A stretch of DNA of 64,000 bases from an uncultured Aminicenantes bacterium (GTDB taxonomy: Bacteria; Acidobacteriota; Aminicenantia; UBA2199): the NCBI GenBank assembly GCA_965195285.1, contig CBDAFS010000059.1, positions 8,866 to 72,865 of the forward strand, in the 5' to 3' direction. The notes under the pieces are model-generated. The model was not told where the DNA came from and did no database searches. It saw only the letters and a program-made list of their open reading frames with translations. This document shows, piece by piece, positions 38,701 to 48,569 of the stretch. The position numbers were made by a program, and so were the translations under genes. How positions within the stretch are numbered: the first letter of the stretch is position 1; each line of letters starts with the position of its first letter.

Positions 38701-39242
38701 AAAGTACGGGACTGGGCCTGGCCACAGTCAAGGATATCATCAAGGATTTCCATGGCTCCATTGAAGTAGATTCAGAGCTGGATAAGCGAACCACTTTCAC
38801 CATTTTAATCCCAGCAGTTAAAGAAGAGGTTTATGATTCGCCCGAAGAGGTTAAAAAGAAATTGGAAACCGTTATAGAAGGTTCGGTGCTGCTGGTGGAT
38901 GATGAGAAAGTGATCCGGGAAATCGGCCGGGAAATGCTGGATTCCCTGGAAATAAAATGTTTCACGGCTTGTGAAGGTCAGGAGGCCCTGGAAATATTCA
39001 AGAAAAACAAAGGCGAGATATCCCTGGTTATTCTGGATATTGAAATGCCCGGACTGTCTGGTGACCAGGTGGCGGAGAAGCTTAAGAAGATAAAACCTGA
39101 AATCAAAATCCTGTTTTCCAGCGGGTATACCCGGGATTACCTCGAATCCAATGTTTTCAAAGGAAAGATAAAGCATTTCATTCCCAAACCCTTTCATCTC
39201 AATCAACTGGCTGAAAAACTGGATAAACTGATAAGAACATGA
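35751..39242 (+). CDS. Hybrid sensor histidine kinase (Cache-like sensor, PAS domains, HisKA, HATPase, REC)
   Basis: Two TM regions; IHDFNNIL H-box, NLIINA, DNGQG, PFFSTK, GLGL; REC LLVDDE...LDIEMP...KP. Confidence 0.93.
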   Translation: MKKNHFKFFILCFLFSLLFLVILLGIKQIRYNRWLSHEALEKGELLSERILEPERILWGRRLELTRQTALFFQELLEKNVKPRRRVFSTSGSSQRYFSQDKQDQSSMGVFISSRDVEKNEVNKIIQDFALLESRLSSVRGQVFNTFFISKDNWIFVSPGKWIANIGDGHDLRNDIFYQAATPEKNPDKSFITTEIYYDNIWKHWMIGLLIPVYINDEFKGVAGHNVIVDDFIMHAQARKYLENGQLYLVNRDSEIILHRDLMTSYQNRNFEMNQTFAFENAVQDPVAKAVLDRVQTGTDHALLVPAGGKNQIAVIRQLPGLEWRLVWVQEQDQLIGNLNRGIREFILICFAVFILFLILFLIFFRTTLVIPIKSIIKNLSNFQPGTEVIIQDRKTQFFLLNELFSNIENVFVRLSSNVKEIEESKEYVETLMKTVQVFIIVLDTKLKPIYMNEYALKKLEINRDEISKLNIFKYLDKVFFKEIAPEIEKSDNILNKETFMTLGNGKTIDVNISISKFFNTSNQLNGYISVVDDITKRKKAEMNLKNQIAFSRQIFRAIPDIILIVDTNLKIVFYNQKAEKIIEMASEEERNLSAFLSTESLETGFDESLRNTINKGRFIKQINVLNPFKQGFNYVDLIIEPLKSTSEIIGGLIIMRDISEWRNLTERIKNLQEFMGRLIDASPYAVISVNKFDNIAIWNKEAEYLFNINSYRALDNNIFEVSPFFLSYKDVINEAKILRKSFFLSDQKMDFGDESTAVLNLNFYPVQSEDQHVVINIVDISKIRKLEDSLLQAQKMESLGVLTSGIIHDFNNILSGIIGYASLLNKKLASNSEVNQYTSNIIDYSERASGMIRQILGFSKKRLSKKEVLDINEVIEGLLNFLKVNLKNIEITREFSPEKVRLVADKTKFSQVIINLIINAKEALEESLKPEIIVKIDEVEIKDRENLLDGVYAKIVISDNGQGIKKENLEKIFEPFFSTKDKQKSTGLGLATVKDIIKDFHGSIEVDSELDKRTTFTILIPAVKEEVYDSPEEVKKKLETVIEGSVLLVDDEKVIREIGREMLDSLEIKCFTACEGQEALEIFKKNKGEISLVILDIEMPGLSGDQVAEKLKKIKPEIKILFSSGYTRDYLESNVFKGKIKHFIPKPFHLNQLAEKLDKLIRT

Positions 39243-39261
39243 TCCGGGGATAAACCTGACC

Positions 39262-40908
39262 ATGTTAAAAAAGAATTTGGTAAAAACGCCGGAATGGCAG
39301 GCTCTGCAGAATCATTATCAAGAAATGACCGGGTTAACCCTGAGGGATTTGTTTGACCGGGATCGGAATCGTGTGGAAAGGTTTTCCCTCAGGGAAGACG
39401 ATATTTACCTGGATTACTCTAAAAACCTGATTAATACCCGGACCATGGATCTGTTGCTGAAACTCGCTGTGGCCAGAAATCTGAAAGTGGAAATCGAGAA
39501 CATGTTCGGTGGTCAAAAAGTCAATCAAAGCGAAGATCGTGCCGCCCTGCATATCGCCCTGCGCAATCTGAATGGAAGTCCGGTGACTTTGAACGGTTCC
39601 GATGTCATGCCCGGGGTCAGGGCTACCCTGGAAAAGATGAAAATATTGTCCCGGTCAGTCCGGGAAGGACGCTGGAGAGGTTTCAGCAACAAGCGAATCA
39701 ATCATATTGTTTATATCGGGATAGGCGGATCTAACCTGGGTCCCCGGATGGTGGTCGGGGCCCTGGAATTTTATTGCCGGCGAAACTTGAGTTTTCATTT
39801 TGTCAGCAATGTCGATGGTAGCCAGATCAAAGAAACCTTGAACAAAATCAACCCGGAGAAAACCCTTTTTATCATTGCCAGCAAAACCTTTAAAACCGAA
39901 GAAACCATGACCAATGCCGGTACAGCCAAACAATGGATTCTGGAATATTTTAAGAGTGAAAAAGCGGTTTTCAATCATTTCCTGGCCATTTCCAGTCAGC
40001 GTCAACGGGCAGTTGATTTTGGCATTGATCCGGAAAATATACTGGATATCTGGGACTGGGTCGGCGGTCGGTTTTCGGTGTCATCGGCTATCGGATTGCC
40101 AGTCATGATGGCCATAGGTTACCGGCGTTTCATGGAATTTCTGAGCGGATTTCATTGGATGGATACCCATTTCAGGGAAGCACCCTTCAAACAAAATATT
40201 CCGGTCATACTGGCTCTGCTGGGAATCTGGTATGTCAATTTTTTTTCGGTTTCCAGCCAGGTCATCATTCCCTATGATTATTACTTGAGGGATTTTCCCG
40301 CTTACCTTCAGCAGCTGGAGATGGAATCAAACGGCAAATCAATTGACCGGAACGGTCAGTCCGTGGCTTACCACACTGCACCCCTGGTATGGGGGCAACC
40401 GGGAACAGATGGCCAGCATGCCTTTTTTCAACTCTTCCATCAGGGAACCCGGCTGGTTGCCTGTGATTTTATCGGGTTTTGCCAATCCCTGAATGATATT
40501 GGAGACCACCATCAGAAATTGATATCCAATTTTATTGCTCAGACCGAAGCCCTGGCATTCGGTAAAACCAAAGCCGAATTGATCCGGGAAAAGGTTCCTG
40601 ACAGATTGATTCCGCATAAAATATGTACGGGCAATAAACCGACCACCAGCATTCTGGCCGGAAGGTTAACCCCGCAGGTACTGGGTAAACTCATTGCCAT
40701 GTATGAACACAAGGTGTTTGTGCAGGGAGTCATCTGGAATATATTTTCCTTTGACCAGTGGGGTGTGGAATTGGGGAAGCAGCTGGCCGGAAGGATATTC
40801 CGGGAGCTGTCTGCGGATTATTCCCGGTCCGGAGATCATGATGGTTCAACGGCTGGATTGATCCGGTGCTTCAAGGATGCTCAGGAATCCGATCTGAAAA
40901 AAGATTGA
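39262..40908 (+). CDS. pgi: Glucose-6-phosphate isomerase
   Basis: GIGGS, IASKTF, DWVGGRFS, QLEMESNGK, FDQWGVELGK. Confidence 0.97.
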   Translation: MLKKNLVKTPEWQALQNHYQEMTGLTLRDLFDRDRNRVERFSLREDDIYLDYSKNLINTRTMDLLLKLAVARNLKVEIENMFGGQKVNQSEDRAALHIALRNLNGSPVTLNGSDVMPGVRATLEKMKILSRSVREGRWRGFSNKRINHIVYIGIGGSNLGPRMVVGALEFYCRRNLSFHFVSNVDGSQIKETLNKINPEKTLFIIASKTFKTEETMTNAGTAKQWILEYFKSEKAVFNHFLAISSQRQRAVDFGIDPENILDIWDWVGGRFSVSSAIGLPVMMAIGYRRFMEFLSGFHWMDTHFREAPFKQNIPVILALLGIWYVNFFSVSSQVIIPYDYYLRDFPAYLQQLEMESNGKSIDRNGQSVAYHTAPLVWGQPGTDGQHAFFQLFHQGTRLVACDFIGFCQSLNDIGDHHQKLISNFIAQTEALAFGKTKAELIREKVPDRLIPHKICTGNKPTTSILAGRLTPQVLGKLIAMYEHKVFVQGVIWNIFSFDQWGVELGKQLAGRIFRELSADYSRSGDHDGSTAGLIRCFKDAQESDLKKD

Positions 40909-40932
40909 CTCCGGGGTGAATCCAATCTTCAT

Positions 40933-42291
40933 TTGAATCTGATGTCAAACTCCAAACAAATGTTTCCGGTTAAGATATGGCTTTGCCTGCTGATCATGGT
41001 TCTGAATGCGGGTCTCCTCCCTGGTTATACAGAGGCATCGGAAACAACAGCCCAGGCTCAACTGGAGATGGGGATTGATTCCAGACAGCAGAAATATTTG
41101 CGGCCGATATTCAGATATGATTTTGCCTTACCTTTTGCCTCACTGTTCACCGAGGTGATGTTTTATCAGAGAGCCGGAGACAAACTGAAGGGAGCAATTG
41201 ATTACTGGTTGAATATCGGGCTTCTGAAAAAAATCTCTGCCCGCCTGATCGGCGAGGTCCGCCTAAATCATATGTGCCGCCATCTGAGTTCCATTGAAAA
41301 TCCCGACATTTTTAACCTGAACGAACTGCTGGCCAGGTTGTGGCTGAATAACAATTCCTCCCGACTGGGAGGGGGGTATGGGATTTATATAGGAGGCAAC
41401 CAGGATTACCGGTCGTTCCTGATTTTGAATGCCGGTCTGCCGCATATCTTCGGTTCCGAGCTAAGCTTTGCAGTTGAGATGAAAATCAGAGACTTCCGGG
41501 AAATACTGTATGAAGCTGAACTCAACTTCAGTCTGAGCAGGAGCACTGACCTGTTTATCCGTAATACCCGGCATTATGATTTTGAGAATGCCACCTATAT
41601 TGGAATTCGGATGAAATCAACCGGAAAGATCGGAGAATACCTGGAGGCCCTGAAACTGTCAACCGGGTTCTATCCTTACTTCGAGAGTCACAAGGTTCTG
41701 GTTGAAGGTGAATTCCGGATGATGTTTTTCAGAAATGAGTACCGTCAATTGCTGTTTTCGCTTGATTTTGCCGCTCCGATCATCCGGGATAACGGGTTCT
41801 TGGGTGATTTTTATCCGGAGAATATGACCTATGTATTCAACCTGGAATATGAGAGAGAGATCAAGTCCGGATGGTTGGTGCTGTGGTATGCCCGGTATTT
41901 TTTGAATTTACCCCTGGATACCGACCGGGATTTCCAGTCGGATCTGGGTACGGGCCTGGGAGTCAGGAATCAATCTGATTTTGACCGGCTGACCAAAGAC
42001 ATTCGATTTGATGTCAGCGCCGGCTATAATTTTAGCCACCATTACAATATCTGCATCAAGGCCGGATTCAGGTTGTTCAAAAGGGATTGGCTGGATGTCC
42101 ATACCGATTTGCGGGTGGATCTCAGTGGGGAGCGATTTTATTCCAGTTTCAGATTATTTTTAAATTTGGGCCAGGTGATTTCCATTCGACCCTTTATCCG
42201 GTTTGACAGGAGCGAAAACACCGGAAATCAGGAACCGGCCATTACCAAATTTTTATTTGGTCTCAGCCTGTTCAAATGGTACGACGATTAG
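40933..42291 (+). CDS. Exported hypothetical protein, probable outer-membrane beta-barrel
   Basis: Signal peptide and alternating amphipathic strands rich in aromatics. Start uncertain (40933, 40942 or 40960). Confidence 0.55.
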   Translation: MNLMSNSKQMFPVKIWLCLLIMVLNAGLLPGYTEASETTAQAQLEMGIDSRQQKYLRPIFRYDFALPFASLFTEVMFYQRAGDKLKGAIDYWLNIGLLKKISARLIGEVRLNHMCRHLSSIENPDIFNLNELLARLWLNNNSSRLGGGYGIYIGGNQDYRSFLILNAGLPHIFGSELSFAVEMKIRDFREILYEAELNFSLSRSTDLFIRNTRHYDFENATYIGIRMKSTGKIGEYLEALKLSTGFYPYFESHKVLVEGEFRMMFFRNEYRQLLFSLDFAAPIIRDNGFLGDFYPENMTYVFNLEYEREIKSGWLVLWYARYFLNLPLDTDRDFQSDLGTGLGVRNQSDFDRLTKDIRFDVSAGYNFSHHYNICIKAGFRLFKRDWLDVHTDLRVDLSGERFYSSFRLFLNLGQVISIRPFIRFDRSENTGNQEPAITKFLFGLSLFKWYDD

Positions 42292-42320
42292 AAGTCCGGT
42301 TATTTGAATACAATTCAATT

Positions 42321-43301
42321 TTACAGGAAATTATTTTCCTTCATCCAGCGGTCATTGAATATGGTACTCAGGTAACGGGAAGCGCTGTCAGGAAAAATAG
42401 TTACGATTCGGGCCGGTTTGTCCAGGGTTTTGGCCAGTTTTAAAACCCCCCACAGGGCTGCCCCGCTGGATCCCCCGCCCAGGATGCCCTCTTCCAGGAC
42501 CAGCTTTCGAGTGTACCGAAAGGCATCCCTGTCCGATATCTGATAGATATCATCAATATTATCGAAATCGGCACAATTGATTAAAAATTCATCTCCCAGC
42601 CCTTCGATGGTATAGGGCTTGGGTTTGATGATTTTTTTATAGTGAAAATAGTCATAAAATATCGAACCCAGGGGATCAATGGCAATGACCCGGATGGCTT
42701 GATCCTGTTCCTTCAGATACTGGGCCACTCCGCCAATGGTGCCGCCGGTGCCCATGCCCGCCACAAAGTAATCGATCTTTCCATCCATTTGCTCCCAGAT
42801 TTCAGGACCGGTGGTCCGGTAATGGGCTTCATTGTTGTCCCGGTTGTTGTGCTGGTCCGGGAAAAAACAGCCCGGGGTTTCCTTGACAATCCGAGGAGTA
42901 ATATTGTTGTAACTGTCGGGAGAATCAGGCGGCAGGGAACTGTCAACCAGGTGAATATCCACTCCCAGTGTCTTGAGCTGGTTTATTTTTTCCTTGCTGA
43001 TCCGGTCCCTGACAATGACCTTTAATTGATATCCCTTTTGAATGGCCACCAGGGCCAGGCCCAGGGCGGTGTTTCCCGATGAGTTTTCAATGATCAGCTG
43101 GCCGTTTTGAATGTGTCCGCTTTTCTCGGCTTTCTCGATCATATATTTGGCAATTCTATCCTTGACACTGCCCATGGGATTCAGAAATTCCAGCTTGGCA
43201 AAAATCTTACTGGAAATATGGTTGGTGATCTTCTGGAGTTGGATCAACGGTGTGTTTCCGATAATGTCCAGTATGCAGGCATCAGCTTTTTTGTCTTTCA
43301 T
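42321..43301 (-). CDS. Cysteine synthase/cystathionine beta-synthase family PLP enzyme
   Basis: IGNTPL, NPMGSVKDR, SSGNT, GMGTGGT, IEGLG, PDSASRYLS; start at ATG 43301. Confidence 0.9.
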   Translation of the reverse strand: MKDKKADACILDIIGNTPLIQLQKITNHISSKIFAKLEFLNPMGSVKDRIAKYMIEKAEKSGHIQNGQLIIENSSGNTALGLALVAIQKGYQLKVIVRDRISKEKINQLKTLGVDIHLVDSSLPPDSPDSYNNITPRIVKETPGCFFPDQHNNRDNNEAHYRTTGPEIWEQMDGKIDYFVAGMGTGGTIGGVAQYLKEQDQAIRVIAIDPLGSIFYDYFHYKKIIKPKPYTIEGLGDEFLINCADFDNIDDIYQISDRDAFRYTRKLVLEEGILGGGSSGAALWGVLKLAKTLDKPARIVTIFPDSASRYLSTIFNDRWMKENNFL

Positions 43302-43516
43302 GTTGTTTGTCCTCGGTCGATTGTACCTTGACCTTTCCCCTGGTTTTTCCAGTTTCGGAAAACGGGATTCTCGGCTCCTGAAAATCACCCGGAGAGACTA
43401 TTGTATATGATAATTGCTATCCTGTAAAGATTTTTTATGAGAATGGCGATTCTTCCGGATGACAAGCGGCTGGATATCTGGTAGAATGAAGGAGTTGAGA
43501 ATTTCAGCATAGGGAT

Positions 43517-45364
43517 ATGATTTATTCAAATTTTCTTTACTTCATTGTGGCCATTATTCTGTTTTCCTCGGCACCCCAGTCAAATATTACCCTGTTCTCT
43601 GTTTCCGGCAATCCAATCTGGCTGATCTTGATGGTTTTCTTATTCTGGCAGTTCAATCGCCTTCATTTCAAACGGTTAAGGACGAAATATGACAATGAAA
43701 TTTTTGATTTATCCCAGGCCAAAAGGGAATATTACCGGTTGATCGGTTTGAACACGGTTATTGCCATATTTCTGTTTGCCATCGAGTTGTTTATGCTGAA
43801 CTTGAAGGGTTTTTTGGTGAACATACCCTTATTGGGTGAACTGGAAACCCTGCTCAATGCCGGTGGCCTGCTGATTTTCCTGCTCCATTTGTCCATCGTC
43901 TGGTTCTGGTCGTTCCGAACCATGGGTGATATCCTGAGCTCATCCGCCAGTGCAGGCGATTATATCCGCTCTCAAATTAAATTCAACCTGGTGATCGTCA
44001 TTCCCTGGCTGATGCTGTCGCTGCTAATCGATTTCCTTTTCCTGGTCCGAATACCCTTTATTCAGGGATTGCTGGATTCAGCTATTGCCCAGATTGCTTT
44101 TGTGGGGGTTTTACTGTTTATCATCGCCCTGTTTGCCCCGGTTTTAATTACCCGGTTATGGGATTGCCAGCCCCTGGCTGAATCTGAATTGAAAGAAAAT
44201 ATCCTTGAATTTTGCCACTCCCAGGGGGTGAAGTTTAAGAAGATTATGTCCTGGAACGCCTTGAACCGGGGCCTGATCACGGCCGGGGTGGTGGGGTTGG
44301 TGAAACCCTTTCGCTATCTCTTGATCACACCCGGATTGATCAACATGTTAAGCCCCGATGAAACCCTGGCCGTGGTGAGCCATGAGGTCGGACATGTCAA
44401 GAAAAAGCACCTTCTGTACTATCTGGGTTTTTTTATTGGATTCATGATTCTGATCTTTTCGGTTCTGGATCGGTTGCTGAATCTATTTTTAAATACCCGG
44501 CTTGGATTCAGCCTGGTGTTTTCAACCGATGGTGGATTCAATCTCTCCTTTCTGAGTTTTCTGAGAATTTTTATATCCCTGTTTCTGTTTATATTTTATT
44601 TTCGATTCGTATTCGGGTATTTCATGAGAAATTTCGAGCGTGAAGCGGATCTCTATTGTTTTCAATCCGGGATAAACCCGGTCCATCTGATCGCCAGCTT
44701 CATGAAACTGGGTGCCCGTCTGGGGGACGATGGAAAAAGAAAAAACTGGCACCACTACAATATTGGTCAGCGGATTGATTATATTCGTAAGAGTATGGAG
44801 AATCCGAAGTTGATCCAAATCCATAAAAAAAAAGTCAGGCGTTCATTGAATATTTTTGTTGTCGGCCTGGTGATCTTCACGGTTCTGAGCTTTAATCCCC
44901 TGGCCAGTCAATGGGACAATGTCCTGGTGAACGGTGTAGTTGAAAAGCTGATAGAAAAAAATCCTGATAATGCTCAATATTATTCATATCTGGCCATGCT
45001 TTACTATGAACAAAAGAAATGGGAAGCAGCCCGGGATGTTTATGAAAAATCCATCCGCCTGAATCCCAATCAGGCTGAATCCCTGAACAATCTGGCCTGG
45101 CTTTATTTAAAATGTCCGGCCCGGGAATTTCTGGATTTCAAGAGGGCTCTGAAATTGGCCCAAGAAGCCTTCCGGTTGAAAAGAGAATCTTTTATCCTGG
45201 ACACTCTGGCCGAGGCCTATCTGGCCAATGGCCTGTATAAAGAAGCGCTGGCAACGGCCCGTCAAGCCCTGGAAATGGCTGGATCCAACCGCAGGTATTA
45301 CCGGAAACAGCTGAAAAAAATGCAATCAGCCTATAAAACCTTGGAAAAAAGCATTGCCATCTGA
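43517..45364 (+). CDS. M48 family membrane zinc metalloprotease with C-terminal TPRs
   Basis: HEVGH, FEREAD, multiple TMs, NNLAW TPR. Confidence 0.88.
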   Translation: MIYSNFLYFIVAIILFSSAPQSNITLFSVSGNPIWLILMVFLFWQFNRLHFKRLRTKYDNEIFDLSQAKREYYRLIGLNTVIAIFLFAIELFMLNLKGFLVNIPLLGELETLLNAGGLLIFLLHLSIVWFWSFRTMGDILSSSASAGDYIRSQIKFNLVIVIPWLMLSLLIDFLFLVRIPFIQGLLDSAIAQIAFVGVLLFIIALFAPVLITRLWDCQPLAESELKENILEFCHSQGVKFKKIMSWNALNRGLITAGVVGLVKPFRYLLITPGLINMLSPDETLAVVSHEVGHVKKKHLLYYLGFFIGFMILIFSVLDRLLNLFLNTRLGFSLVFSTDGGFNLSFLSFLRIFISLFLFIFYFRFVFGYFMRNFEREADLYCFQSGINPVHLIASFMKLGARLGDDGKRKNWHHYNIGQRIDYIRKSMENPKLIQIHKKKVRRSLNIFVVGLVIFTVLSFNPLASQWDNVLVNGVVEKLIEKNPDNAQYYSYLAMLYYEQKKWEAARDVYEKSIRLNPNQAESLNNLAWLYLKCPAREFLDFKRALKLAQEAFRLKRESFILDTLAEAYLANGLYKEALATARQALEMAGSNRRYYRKQLKKMQSAYKTLEKSIAI

Positions 45365-45374
45365 TTGGAATTGA

Positions 45375-47180
45375 TTATTCGATCTCCATGGCTGCCAGAA
45401 AGGCTTCCTGGGGAATATCCACCTTGCCGATCCGCTTCATTCTCTTTTTCCCCTTTTTCTGTTTTTCCAGCAGTTTCATTTTGCGGGTGATATCCCCACC
45501 ATAGCATTTGGCCAGAACATTTTTTCGCAAAGCCTTGACAATGGCCTTGGCGATGATGCGCTTGTTGATGGCTGCCTGAATGACAACTTCAAAAAGCTGG
45601 CGGGGAATAATGGATTTTATTTTTGAGGTTAATTGATTGCCGATGGCATAGGTTTTATCCTGGTGAACGATGAGCGAAAGGGCATCCACTGGCTGCTGGT
45701 TGATCAGTATATCCAGTTTTACTAGGGGGGATTCCTTAAAACCCTTGAATTCGTAGTCAAATGAGGCATACCCCTTGGATATGGATTTGAGCTTGTTGAA
45801 GAAATCATACAGGACTTCGGCCAGGGGAAGTTCATAGGTCAGGTAAATTTTTTGTGAACTGATATATTCCATTTTTTTATGGATACCCCGCCGGTTCTGC
45901 AACAGTTTGAGGATGTTGCCCAGGTATTCTTCCGGAGTGAGAACAATGGCTTCGATATAGGGTTCTTCGATTTTAGTTAGATTCTGGGCGGGCGGCATCT
46001 GGGCGGGGGATTCGATCTCAAGAAGGTTACCGCTGGTTGTCGTAATTCGGTACCGTACCGATGGCGATGTGGATATGATGGAAATGTCATATTCCCTCTC
46101 CAGTCTTTCCTGAACAATTTCCTTGTGCAGCAGGCCCAGGAAACCGCAGCGGAACCCGATACCCAAGGCCGGCGAGGTTTCGGGTTCGAATTTGAGGGCG
46201 GAGTCATTCAGGGTCAATTTTTCGATGGCCTCGCGCAGATCCTCATGGCTGGAACCCTCGCCGGGGTAAAACCCGGCAAACACCATGGTCTGGGGTTCCT
46301 TGAATCCGGGCAGGGGTTCAACCGTATCCTTTTTGGCCAGGGTGATGGTGTCACCGATTTTAACCTCGGAGATGTTTTTGATATTTCCGATTATATATCC
46401 GACTTCTCCGGCCGAAAGGGTTGACAGGGACCGGGGCCTGGGGGTAAATACGCCCAGCTCGCTGATCTCGTAAACCGCCTGGGTGGATAGAAATTTTATC
46501 CGGTCACCTTTTTTCAATACACCATCCATGAGACGGACCAGAATAATAACCCCGCGGTAACTGTCAAACCAGGAATCAAATACCAGGGCCCTCAGGGGGC
46601 TGGAAACATCTCCCCGGGGAGGGGGGATCCTGTCAATGATGGCGGGGATTATCTCCGGGATTCCCTGTCCGGTCTTGGCACTGACCTGAAGCGCTTCTTC
46701 CCGGCCAATGCCGATGACATTTTCCATCTGATTCAGGCTTTTATCCAGTTCATGATTGGGCAAATCGATTTTATTAATGATCGGAATAATGACCAGATCA
46801 TTTTCCATGGCCAGAGAGGTATTGGCCACGGTCTGGGCTTCCACCCCCTGGGTGGCATCAATGACCAGCAGGGCCCCCTCGCAGGCAGCTAATGATCTGG
46901 ATACTTCATAGTTGAAGTCGATATGGCCGGGGGTGTCGATCAAATTCAGAATATACTCCCGGTTGTGGCTGTCCCGGTAGTTCAGGCATACAAAATGAGA
47001 TTTGATGGTGATGCCCCTTTCCCTTTCCAGGTCCATGGAATCCAGAACCTGTTCCTGCATCTCGCGTTTGGAGATGGCATTGGTGATCTCTAATAGCCGA
47101 TCCGAAAGGGTGGTCTTTCCATGATCGATGTGGGCGATAATTGAAAAATTTCTGATATTGGAAGGGGTAAAGCTTGACAT
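45375..47180 (-). CDS. lepA: Elongation factor 4
   Basis: [29 protein letters not shown]. Confidence 0.98.
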   Translation of the reverse strand: MSSFTPSNIRNFSIIAHIDHGKTTLSDRLLEITNAISKREMQEQVLDSMDLERERGITIKSHFVCLNYRDSHNREYILNLIDTPGHIDFNYEVSRSLAACEGALLVIDATQGVEAQTVANTSLAMENDLVIIPIINKIDLPNHELDKSLNQMENVIGIGREEALQVSAKTGQGIPEIIPAIIDRIPPPRGDVSSPLRALVFDSWFDSYRGVIILVRLMDGVLKKGDRIKFLSTQAVYEISELGVFTPRPRSLSTLSAGEVGYIIGNIKNISEVKIGDTITLAKKDTVEPLPGFKEPQTMVFAGFYPGEGSSHEDLREAIEKLTLNDSALKFEPETSPALGIGFRCGFLGLLHKEIVQERLEREYDISIISTSPSVRYRITTTSGNLLEIESPAQMPPAQNLTKIEEPYIEAIVLTPEEYLGNILKLLQNRRGIHKKMEYISSQKIYLTYELPLAEVLYDFFNKLKSISKGYASFDYEFKGFKESPLVKLDILINQQPVDALSLIVHQDKTYAIGNQLTSKIKSIIPRQLFEVVIQAAINKRIIAKAIVKALRKNVLAKCYGGDITRKMKLLEKQKKGKKRMKRIGKVDIPQEAFLAAMEIE

Positions 47181-47190
47181 CCGGGATGAC

Positions 47191-48258
47191 CTATTTGATT
47201 CCTTTTACGGCATAGGCGGGGGAGGCAAAAAGTATCTGATTGAGTTTGTCCACATTGGTATTAAAGGTTTGGGCCAGTGCATTGTCCGGAGGAATTGTTT
47301 CCAGTTTTTCATCGACCAATTCTGCAGAGTAAAATATGTCCACCTGGGAAAACCCGGAATTTTCCAGAAGATAGCGCATGTACTCGGGGTGGAGGGGCGT
47401 TTGATGGGTGACATCCAGGAAAAATATCCGGCTCAGGGCAAATAGTGAGAGTGGATTGATGGTTTCCAAAATCACGGGGGCTCGGGGTTTCAATACCCGG
47501 AAACATTCCAGGACCACCTCTCTCAGGTACTTGGGCCTGAAATGCTCGATGACCTGGGAAGAGAATATTCCTCCCACAGACTGATCGGGTCTTTGCTTCA
47601 ACGCAGTGAGGATATCCTGCTGGATACAGTTGAGACCCTTGTGCCGGGCCCTGGCCAGCATGGATTCCGAAATATCAATCCCCTCGGCCTGTTTACCTTT
47701 GTTTTGTAAAAGTTCCAGAAATTCTCCTCGCCCGCAGCCCAGATCCAGTATGTGATCGGTATGAATGAAATGTTGCAGATAGGCCTTCAGATTTTCCTGA
47801 ATGGTGGCTTCATCACCCCTGAAACGGTGTTCGAAATCAGAGTACTGGAAAGGTGACAATTTTTCCTTTATATCATTAAGCTGTTGCCGTTCAGTCGGAT
47901 CCAGCCCGGATTCCGCTTTATCAATGATTCCCTGTAGGGATTTTTCCAAATTGACAAAGTTGATCAGCAGGGTCTTGACATTTGAGTATTCGGCCTCCAG
48001 TTTTTCGATCTTCCATTGAAGCGATTGGTAGACCATGGTGGCGTGGTTGTTGGAATAGGCATCCCATTCTTTATCCTGGGAAGTCATCCACTCATCCAGG
48101 TGACTGACCAGTTCAGAAAGTTTCTCCCGGATTTCCGGTTTCCCTGATTTGAAAATCCCCCGGCCTTTCAAGAGTCTTGCGATCTCTTCGATGGTATTTT
48201 GAAATCTTTTCCGGTGATCTTTTCGCTTCTCGATTAATGCTTCAATTGACCGTTTCAT
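47191..48258 (-). CDS. Class I SAM-dependent methyltransferase with N-terminal coiled coil
   Basis: [31 protein letters not shown]. Start ATG 48258 assumed, a 17-nt overlap with tatA. Confidence 0.82.
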   Translation of the reverse strand: MKRSIEALIEKRKDHRKRFQNTIEEIARLLKGRGIFKSGKPEIREKLSELVSHLDEWMTSQDKEWDAYSNNHATMVYQSLQWKIEKLEAEYSNVKTLLINFVNLEKSLQGIIDKAESGLDPTERQQLNDIKEKLSPFQYSDFEHRFRGDEATIQENLKAYLQHFIHTDHILDLGCGRGEFLELLQNKGKQAEGIDISESMLARARHKGLNCIQQDILTALKQRPDQSVGGIFSSQVIEHFRPKYLREVVLECFRVLKPRAPVILETINPLSLFALSRIFFLDVTHQTPLHPEYMRYLLENSGFSQVDIFYSAELVDEKLETIPPDNALAQTFNTNVDKLNQILFASPAYAVKGIK

Positions 48259-48430
48259 TATCAGAATCTTTTTCTTTGTTTTTATCCTGTTCCCTGGAAA
48301 TCGACTTCTTGAAGTTTCTGATGCCTTCGCCAAGGCCCCGGCCCAATCCGGGTAATTTTTTTCCGCCGAAGAGAAAAGCAATGACCAGGAATATTAACAG
48401 TATTTCCCAAAATCCGAGACTTCCAAACAT
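48242..48430 (-). CDS. tatA: Twin-arginine translocase TatA/E
   Basis: E in TM, LFGGKKLP, GEGIRNFK; SD AAGGAG. Confidence 0.95.
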   Translation of the reverse strand: MFGSLGFWEILLIFLVIAFLFGGKKLPGLGRGLGEGIRNFKKSISREQDKNKEKDSDNETVN

Positions 48431-48569
48431 ATTTTACTCCTTAAAACAGATACCGTCGCCAACCCTATGGAAAAACATGAATTTGCCGTTATTATTGGTT
48501 TATTGTAATGCTTTCAGGTTCCGGTGTCAAGACAAATAGAAAAATGAGGGATCTTGAATGTTGTCCGGT

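Noticed and set aside
48258-48381. Long dual-coding overlap of the methyltransferase ORF with tatA
   Set aside because: The extension has a weak start and no recognisable sequence; ATG 48258 explains the gene. Similar over-extended starts were trimmed for gmhA, the PBP, rfbA and the cysteine synthase.
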